Shown here piece by piece: positions 57,265 to 64,000 of a stretch of DNA of 64,000 bases; within the stretch, counting starts at the first letter, position 1; each line of letters begins with the position of its first letter. Below the pieces are notes generated by a model. It saw only the letters and a list, made by a program, of their open reading frames with translations, was not told the DNA's origin and made no database searches. Source of the DNA: Desulfatiglandales bacterium (lineage in GTDB: Bacteria; Desulfobacterota; DSM-4660; Desulfatiglandales; Desulfatiglandaceae); the NCBI GenBank assembly GCA_963662465.1, contig OY759599.1, positions 5,632,001 to 5,696,000 of the forward strand, given 5' to 3'. The position numbers and the translations under genes were made by a program.

Positions 57265-58183
57265 AACCCAACCCCTCCAAACCCTTCCGAATCACCTCAT
57301 CCAGTTTTTTCAGCATTTCCAATGCGCCGATTTCAAGCTTTGAGAAGGCGAACCATTTTTTACCCAAATCTTTCAGGGATGCGCCGATATGATAGATTTC
57401 GTTTTCATCGATGATCATAAAGCGGTCGTGCGACTCCGCAAAACGTTTAATGGAAATCGGCGAGTATTGCTGGTTGTGTTTTTTCAGATCCAAAGCGAGC
57501 TGCTTTGAAATAGACTTGGTGTAAATCGTACAGGAAATGTCTACAGATCGCTTGCTGAGCAGGGTTAAGACAGAATCATCAATATAGTTATCTATCAAAA
57601 CCAGAGATAGTTCGGCTTTTCGAATCAGATCGCAAACAAAGGTATAGGCATCGTACACCTGACCATCATAAAAAATGCCTTGTTTGGGAACTTCATTATG
57701 CAGTTCCAATGCCTGAAACAATCGTTCGAAATTCTTTTCGGTTTCGGATTCAAAAGCAATTTGGCAGCGTTCTACGGAGTCCAAACGGGCAAAAATCTGG
57801 GCGTTGTTCTGGATGAAGCGGCGCATTTCCACAAAAGCATTGATAATTTTGATGCTTACCTTAATGGCTGTTTCACTTCGCAAAACCGCGGAAAGCATGG
57901 AGACTCCCTGCTCAGTAAAGGCGAAGGGATTGACCGTGGAATGCTTCAGCGATTTGAACCGGTCGCAATTTGCGACCAGTTGTGCTTTTTCGGCATCATT
58001 TAATTGGAATCTAAATTCTTCTGGGAAACGGGTGATATTCCTTCTTACCTGCTCATTGAGACGTTTGTTTTCGACCTGATAGATTTGAGCCAGATCTTTA
58101 TCGATCATCACCTGAACACCACGAAAGGTAAAAATCATACACTGTATGTTCTCAAGCAGAACCATTTGATTTGCATCTTCCAT
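57254..58183 (-). CDS. ORF6N-domain protein with C-terminal PLD-like (HDRF) domain
   Basis: RGVQVMID.DLA..Y.V...LNEQV.RN..RFP..F.FQL, FTEQGVSMLS.VL.S; IDNY, HDRFMIID, GASLKDLGKK. Confidence 0.88.
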   Translation of the reverse strand: MEDANQMVLLENIQCMIFTFRGVQVMIDKDLAQIYQVENKRLNEQVRRNITRFPEEFRFQLNDAEKAQLVANCDRFKSLKHSTVNPFAFTEQGVSMLSAVLRSETAIKVSIKIINAFVEMRRFIQNNAQIFARLDSVERCQIAFESETEKNFERLFQALELHNEVPKQGIFYDGQVYDAYTFVCDLIRKAELSLVLIDNYIDDSVLTLLSKRSVDISCTIYTKSISKQLALDLKKHNQQYSPISIKRFAESHDRFMIIDENEIYHIGASLKDLGKKWFAFSKLEIGALEMLKKLDEVIRKGLEGLGYGE

Positions 58184-58191
58184 AACTACTC

Positions 58192-58911
58192 TCAGTACCC
58201 CAACTGCTTCAGATTTTCCTTAATCACATCATCTAACTTTGCCGACTCTTCCATCTGCCCATAAAGCGTCTGGCTCATCTCCGTCATCTTGGTCTCAAAG
58301 GGAATGCCGTCGTCCTCAAGAGCCGCTGCACCGACGTAACGGCCGGGCGTGAGCACGAAGTCGTGCTTCCGCATCTCTTCAAGGGTTACGGATTTACAAT
58401 AACCGGCTTGGTCTTCATAGACGCCGTCTTTCACCTCCCCGCGCCAGGCGTGATACGTTTTGGCAATGGCGGCAAATTTACCGAGGAAATATTCATAAAC
58501 CCGACCGACCACGTCCTCCTCCTTATCCCGGACCGTGTCGATATTGTTGATCGCATCGATCAGGGCGGAGAGCTTGCTGCCATCCGCCGTCAGGGCCGAG
58601 TCGATCTTGATCGCGATATCGCCCTGCTTGGCGTGCTGCTGAATATAGCTCCAGCGGGATGTCTCCGGCAGGTAGAAGACGTTCTTCATGGTGTAGAACT
58701 CTACCATGTTGATGTATTTCTCCTTACCCTCCGCAATCAGCTCAGCACGACGCTCCTCAAACTTATCCGAAACGAACTTGAGAAAGATCAAGCTCAGCAC
58801 CACGTGTTTGTATTCGGAAGACTCGACACTGCCCCGCAACCGGTTGGCGGAATCCCACAGGGACTCTTCGAAGCCTTTATCGTTTTTTGGAGATGCTTTT
58901 TTCTGAGCCAT
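58192..58911 (-). pseudogene. hsdM: Type I methyltransferase HsdM with large in-frame internal deletion
   Basis: N-terminus (LW.SANRLRG...YKHVVL.LIFLK) and C-terminus (LTPGRYVG) present; SAM-binding and NPPF motifs missing; 239 aa. Confidence 0.85.
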
Positions 58912-58955
58912 TATTAACCCTGAAATTACTGAAAGATCAAAAAGTAGTTTACACT

Positions 58956-59014
58956 TGTAGGTGCGAATTTATCCGCACATGAATTTAAGTTGTGCGGCTG
59001 AAGCCGCACCTACA
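58956..59014. repeat. REP doublet (imperfect inverted repeat)
   Basis: TGTAGGTGCGAATTTATCCGCACA...TGTGCGGCTGAAGCCGCACCTACA; same family as 41245-41304. Confidence 0.8.
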
Positions 59015-59236
59015 TCGTGCAAATGATTGGAAAACGGTAAATGTAAACCAAGAAATGAAAGATGCCTAATCTATCTGCATTTTTTTGCCGATGATGAGAT
59101 CCGATTAAATTTATTCCCATTTCCGCTTTTGCACACACTTTTTGCCGTGGCGCTTCGTTTCTGATCCTAAGACGGATCAAACAAAATTAGATCCCAAAGA
59201 TACGATCTATGAAATAGCGACCAAACTTTTTTCTTC

Positions 59237-60088
59237 CTATTTGGTTCGGGAATATGAAGATTTTAAAATTTCGGCAATAGCTTTAGATTCCAGAAAGTTT
59301 CTACCTGTTGTTTGAACAGCAATACCAAGTCCTTTATCAGTATGGGTAAGAACGATTTCAATCAAGCCATTTGCATCAACCGATTTAATGAAGTCCCGCT
59401 GGTTTGGATTAAAAGGAAGAGAATTGACTATAGCTGTAACATAAGGAGACATTCGTAGACGTTTTGAGAACCGATCTAGCACATCTTTTCCGTGGTCGTT
59501 ACATAAATTTATGGGTTTTTCTCCTGATTCAAGTGATGATTTTACCAAGGAGACAGGCTGGTGTTTTTCCAACCATTTTTTCATAATAAGCGACTTGAAA
59601 TGTTGTGGTTCCGAGACAGATAAAATGATCGGCGTACATACCACTTCGTCCTTATTTGAAATTATTATCTGATGTTCAATCTTTTTCCAATACTTTTCTG
59701 ATTCAAAACCGATACAAATGGTATCTTTCAAATATGCCGCAGCCAAACCAATGGATTCTTTTTCGTTACCGTTGTAGCATATAACATATCGATTCTCAAT
59801 ATACCGACCTTCTTCAGGAGTATCTTCATCAATAAAAGGATGCTTTCCAAGTCCTAAGAGTACTGAGCCAAGAGTCCGGCTTTGGGGGGTTTCGTTACAA
59901 AATTGTTGCAAAGACATGCCATCGGTCAATTGAAGGTCACCCATATATGTTTCAAGTCGTATTCTTTTGTTAAAGAATGAATGCCTTTCTTTATAGGTAC
60001 TTATAAACTGTTTTACCCGTTGAAATACCTCACCAAAATCAGGCGCTAAAGGAGATATAGTCAGCTCATTAAAAATTAGATCCTTCAT
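59237..60088 (-). CDS. Hypothetical protein, probable effector of a Menshen-like defence trio
   Basis: AT-rich 283-aa ORF translationally coupled to the ATPase gene; no family recognised. Confidence 0.7.
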   Translation of the reverse strand: MKDLIFNELTISPLAPDFGEVFQRVKQFISTYKERHSFFNKRIRLETYMGDLQLTDGMSLQQFCNETPQSRTLGSVLLGLGKHPFIDEDTPEEGRYIENRYVICYNGNEKESIGLAAAYLKDTICIGFESEKYWKKIEHQIIISNKDEVVCTPIILSVSEPQHFKSLIMKKWLEKHQPVSLVKSSLESGEKPINLCNDHGKDVLDRFSKRLRMSPYVTAIVNSLPFNPNQRDFIKSVDANGLIEIVLTHTDKGLGIAVQTTGRNFLESKAIAEILKSSYSRTK

Positions 60089-60089
60089 A

Positions 60090-61178
60090 TCAAACCAACT
60101 TCAGCAGCTGATTATTCCATTCTTCCAGAAATTCCTCCGGGTATTCACTCAATTCACCATTCTTATCAACCTGAATATTGATAATATCAGTATACTGTTC
60201 ATCCTTTGTCGTGACTTTATGAAACCACGGACATTGAACATCGACACAGGATATATGCTTCTCTTTTACTGCCACTCGAATACCATTGATAATGTGGTCG
60301 CTGTGGGTTTCCACAAGAAGCTGTGCGCCTGATGCGGCAACAAGAGCCATCAACTTGCCCAGTTTAGCCTGACCACGGGGGTGAATATGCGCTTCCGGAT
60401 TTTCAATAATAACGATTTGATCTCTTTCTGCTATGAGCAACGCAACAATAACAGAGAGGACATATGAAATTCCGAATCCAACATTTGTTGGTTTAAATGC
60501 TTGTGTTCTGCCTTTTTGAAGCTCAAACTCGTAGTTCAATAATATTTTATCAGCACCGGGCACTTCTGTGACATTGATTTTTATTCCGGGAGAGATTTCT
60601 CCAAGCCAGGCATTAACCTGATTTGCAAGAAAGGGTGATGACATTGCCGGGTGAAAACGTTTGGGATCTACTTTCAGTCGATTCCCATTCACCGAAAGAA
60701 AATGCGAGCTATATTGCCCGTATGAACCAAGAATCCGGTCTTTCACAAAATTTTGAGACATATCATACATTATTGAGGGTCCAAGACGGTCAGCTGAGAT
60801 ATATTGAAGATTATTGATATAGCTATCAATATTTTCTTCTGTGGCATTTCCTTTCACTCGATTTAACGCGTTGCTTTCAGAAGCCCATTCAAACTCGTAC
60901 TCTGCACATTTACTTTTATCCCATTCAAGATAAAAATGAATAACCTCATCCTTGGCAAATTGGTACAAGGCATCGTATCCTTTTCCAATATCAACTAAAT
61001 CCCCCTTGAGTTCCAATTTACATGTGCTACTAAGGTAGCTCTGCCTAAGCAATAACAGAACTTGGATTAACGAACTTTTGCCCATTCCATTAAGGCCGGC
61101 AAGGATATTCAATCGTTTTAAAGGCATATCAATATCTTTAAGCGACTTGAAATTTTTCACACTGATTTTATTGATCAT
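60090..61178 (-). CDS. AAA_21/ABC-type ATPase with DUF3696-like C-terminus
   Basis: NFKS, GLNGMGKSS, NVGFGISY, IENPEAHIHP, VETHSDH, G.LSEYPEEF.EEW. Confidence 0.88.
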   Translation of the reverse strand: MINKISVKNFKSLKDIDMPLKRLNILAGLNGMGKSSLIQVLLLLRQSYLSSTCKLELKGDLVDIGKGYDALYQFAKDEVIHFYLEWDKSKCAEYEFEWASESNALNRVKGNATEENIDSYINNLQYISADRLGPSIMYDMSQNFVKDRILGSYGQYSSHFLSVNGNRLKVDPKRFHPAMSSPFLANQVNAWLGEISPGIKINVTEVPGADKILLNYEFELQKGRTQAFKPTNVGFGISYVLSVIVALLIAERDQIVIIENPEAHIHPRGQAKLGKLMALVAASGAQLLVETHSDHIINGIRVAVKEKHISCVDVQCPWFHKVTTKDEQYTDIINIQVDKNGELSEYPEEFLEEWNNQLLKLV

Positions 61179-62307
61179 TGAGAATCCCTTTTACTAATTT
61201 TTCAATTTCTGAAAAACGCTTGATGACTCGAGTCTTGTCACCTGTTGCTTGTGAAATTGCTGAGATAAAGGCATCGTCTGTTCGGCACAAATTTGCAAAT
61301 TTTTCTAAAACCAAGGCGCCGTTTTTTATCAGCGTACTTCTCTCCTCGTCAGATCGATTTGCTAAAGCAACCGCCCAAATTTCAAAGATCGATTTATTAA
61401 TTGGCTTTCTTCTTTCCGGATACTGATCTGCTTTTCGGAAGGCCCAGTTTCCAAAAATCTTTTTCGAGGTCCGCATTGATTCTCGGAATGACCCCTTAAT
61501 AGAGATAAGCTCTTTTTCGTTTTTTTGTTCAATTTTATCCATTGAATCATTCATGAATGATTCAAGGTCGGGGGAATAATCCACTGGAGGAGTAATATAG
61601 AATGCCACAAAACGGTTAATAAATTCCCTGTCGAGCATTCTTTTGGGATTTATTTTATTTTCGGTGGCGACTTTGAATTCATTTAGGTTAGCTAGTTCAT
61701 GTATGAATCTTGACGAAACCCCCTGGTAAAGAGCGTGTCTGATTTCTTGTTGTTCTAAAACTAAACCACCCGTATTAATACGTCGGAAGATATTATATTT
61801 CACTTTCTTTGGTGTTCCAGGGTTGATTATATAAGCCGTTACCTGAGTTTGGTCGATAATTCTTTTAAGCGGTCTTTCAAGGTCGGTATATTTTTTTCTC
61901 TCAAGGTCTTTTAAAAATTCAAGTCCTGTTAAACGAAGTTTTTTATCTACTATGAAATTCTGTATACAACTTAGTCGTTGCAAGCCGTCAACGACTAACC
62001 ATTTGTTGGTATCCTCAGCATCAAAATAAAATGCCGGCAACGGGAACTTAACCAAAATTGATTCAATTAACCGGCTCTGTTGAACTGGCGACCATAAATT
62101 ACCACTCCGCTGAAAATCAGGATTCATATCAATCTCAGATGGAGACTCTTTCAGCATATCCACTAAGTTTGAAATTGTTGGAAATTCGCGTGTGATATTG
62201 ATTTCAGAAGGATTGAACGGCTCACGCATCAATTCAGACCCGGTATCTTCCTCTTCGACTGGAATTTCCCTATATAATTCAGGATTTTCAGTATTGTTTA
62301 TCATCAA
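61168..62307 (-). CDS. DUF262 (ParB-like) domain protein
   Basis: PDFQR...W...QSRLIESIL..PLP.FY, VVDGLQRL, IFRRINTGG..L..QEIR. Confidence 0.9.
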   Translation of the reverse strand: MMINNTENPELYREIPVEEEDTGSELMREPFNPSEINITREFPTISNLVDMLKESPSEIDMNPDFQRSGNLWSPVQQSRLIESILVKFPLPAFYFDAEDTNKWLVVDGLQRLSCIQNFIVDKKLRLTGLEFLKDLERKKYTDLERPLKRIIDQTQVTAYIINPGTPKKVKYNIFRRINTGGLVLEQQEIRHALYQGVSSRFIHELANLNEFKVATENKINPKRMLDREFINRFVAFYITPPVDYSPDLESFMNDSMDKIEQKNEKELISIKGSFRESMRTSKKIFGNWAFRKADQYPERRKPINKSIFEIWAVALANRSDEERSTLIKNGALVLEKFANLCRTDDAFISAISQATGDKTRVIKRFSEIEKLVKGILNDQ

Positions 62308-62313
62308 ATTTCA

Positions 62314-62946
62314 TTATTTAGGGGTAATCGCTCCCACGGGGCAGATATCCACGCAGGCCAGGCATTGTTCGCAGGAAACAGCGTCCGATTTTTGCGTGCC
62401 ATAAAAACGGATCACCGTTTTAAACCCCCGGTCGGCAAAATCCATCATGGGGACCCCATGGGTCTTACGGCAAACCTGGATGCATTTTCCGCACAGGACG
62501 CACCGGTTGGGGTGGTGGTTTAGAAAAGGATGATCATCCGTTGTTTCCAGATCTTTCAGGGAAATTTCCAAGCGTTTGGGCTTGAGACCCACCTTCAGGA
62601 ATCGGGCAATTTTCTGCAGCTCGCACTTTTTGTTGGCCGGGCAATGGCCGCAGTCCACATGGTGAACGGACAACAGCAGTTCCAGTGCTGTTCGCTGCAA
62701 TCGCCGCACAGCCGGGCCATCGGTTTTGACGACCATTCCCGCGGCCGCTTCCACCTGGCATGAGGGGACCGGTTGCTCGCGTCCCTCAATTTCCACGAAA
62801 CACAATCGGCAGGAAGCGGGTGGATGTTCCAGCATATCCATGTAACACAGGTTGGGAATATACACCTCATGGTCAAGGCAGGCCTTGAGTAGATTAGCGC
62901 CTTCCGCTACCTGGATTTCCCTGTTGTCCACAACGATTTTGATCAT
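62314..62946 (-). CDS. 2Fe-2S/4Fe-4S subunit (NuoG/HoxU N-terminal-like)
   Basis: IPNLC...ASCRLCFVE...SC; H..DC..C....CELQ; CVLCGKCIQVC; CEQCLACVDICP. Confidence 0.88.
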   Translation of the reverse strand: MIKIVVDNREIQVAEGANLLKACLDHEVYIPNLCYMDMLEHPPASCRLCFVEIEGREQPVPSCQVEAAAGMVVKTDGPAVRRLQRTALELLLSVHHVDCGHCPANKKCELQKIARFLKVGLKPKRLEISLKDLETTDDHPFLNHHPNRCVLCGKCIQVCRKTHGVPMMDFADRGFKTVIRFYGTQKSDAVSCEQCLACVDICPVGAITPK

Positions 62947-62974
62947 GTTCATCCCGATATTGAATTTCCAATTT

Positions 62975-64000
62975 TCAATCCTGGGTCGGCCGCTCCACAA
63001 TGGGCGCCAGATGCGGTGGTGATACCCTCCTGACCGCATTATACTCCGGCGGACAGGCCGTCTGGCATTCACCGCATTTGACGCAGAGGGTCTGGTCCAC
63101 CCCTTTTTTGCGATTCCGGGTGGTAAAGATGGCTTCCACGGGACAGCAACCCACACAGGCATCGCACCCCCGTGCGCATTTATCCAGGTCAATATAAAAG
63201 GCCGTCAAAGCACGGCACATGCAGGCGGGACACCGTTTTTCCTTGATGTGGGCCTCATATTCGTCCCTGAAATATTTGAGAGATGTCAGCACCGGGTTGG
63301 GCGCCGTCTTCCCAAGGCCGCACAGGGACCCTGCCTTGATGTCTTTACTGAGCGCTTCCAGGGTTTCCAGATCGCCCTCACGTCCCTCCCCCTTGGTGAT
63401 GCGCACCAGAATTTCCAGCAGATGATGGGTGCCCACACGACAGAAGGTGCATTTGCCGCAGGATTCAGCCTGGGTAAAATCCAGGAAATACCTTGCCACA
63501 TCCACCATGCAGGTGTTTTCATCCATGACCACCATACCACCGGAACCCATCATGGCCCCGGCCTGGGTCAGGGAATCGAAATCGATGGGGGTGTCCAGAA
63601 ACGCCGCCGGCAGGCATCCCCCGGAAGGTCCGCCAATCTGCACCGCTTTAAACGCTTTTTTCTTGGGAACGCCGCCGCAGATATCAAAAATGAGGGTGCG
63701 CAGCGTCACACCCATGGGAATCTCCACCAGGCCGGCATGCAGCACATTGCCCACCACCGAAAAGATGGCGGTGCCCGGGCTCTTTTTCGTTCCGACTTCG
63801 CGATACCACTCAGCCCCGTGGGCCATCAGGAGAGGAACAGTGGCAAAGGTTTTCACATTGTTGATGACCGTGGGTTGCCCCCAAAGGCCTTTTTGCACCG
63901 GAAAGGGGGGACGGTAGGTGGGCATGCCGCGACTTCCCTGGATGGACTGAATGAGAGCCGTTTCCTCACCGCACACAAAGGCGCCTGACCCTTGAAAAAC
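62975..64000 (-). CDS. NuoF/HoxF-like NADH-binding flavoprotein subunit (partial, runs off window end)
   Basis: GAFVCGEETAL, QIGGPSGG, ESCGKCTFCR.G, SLCGLG, C-terminal ferredoxin. Confidence 0.92.
   Translation of the reverse strand, partial: VFQGSGAFVCGEETALIQSIQGSRGMPTYRPPFPVQKGLWGQPTVINNVKTFATVPLLMAHGAEWYREVGTKKSPGTAIFSVVGNVLHAGLVEIPMGVTLRTLIFDICGGVPKKKAFKAVQIGGPSGGCLPAAFLDTPIDFDSLTQAGAMMGSGGMVVMDENTCMVDVARYFLDFTQAESCGKCTFCRVGTHHLLEILVRITKGEGREGDLETLEALSKDIKAGSLCGLGKTAPNPVLTSLKYFRDEYEAHIKEKRCPACMCRALTAFYIDLDKCARGCDACVGCCPVEAIFTTRNRKKGVDQTLCVKCGECQTACPPEYNAVRRVSPPHLAPIVERPTQD

Overview
A mostly GC-rich bacterial window. Gene content (IspH-UbiA fusion, UGA-Sec rhodanese, TRAP transporter, HoxFU/NuoFG-like genes, hopanoid genes) suggests an anaerobic Desulfobacterota (deltaproteobacterial) genome; this taxonomy is inference. 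In order: (1) the distal half of a Wsp-type chemosensory operon, cut off upstream by an IS607 remnant with an intact TnpB; (2) a decayed mobile and pseudogene zone (IS fragments, group II intron 5' end, RelE/Phd TA, an RdhA-like::PaaK chimera); (3) an exported multi-rhodanese with an in-frame UGA and SECIS hairpin (selenoprotein), then a YeeE/YedE transporter, an FGE-domain protein, a SucCD-like ligase and MenA; (4) type III RM, helicase and HNH debris; (5) a minus-strand catabolic cluster built on an IslA/HpsG-clade glycyl radical enzyme with an altered pocket, its activase, a motif-degenerate PFK-fold protein, two 3-hydroxyacyl-CoA-dehydrogenase-like enzymes, a fused aconitase X and a bile-acid:Na+ symporter, which is the best candidate for an undescribed pathway; (6) MscS, AAA-PD(D/E)xK, TRAP, pyrF, tRNA-Thr(CGT) and an integron-like attC cassette remnant; (7) a hopanoid cluster (hpnB, hpnO, hpnN, hpnH) with an RND + PhnD-like + TatT-like trio resembling the BstABC sterol relay, and an in-frame heptamer repeat inside the RND gene; (8) ispH-ubiA and dusB; (9) a defence island (collapsed type I RM, ORF6N protein, Menshen-like trio); (10) NADH-oxidoreductase subunits. 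All calls are from reading motifs by eye; no searches were run.
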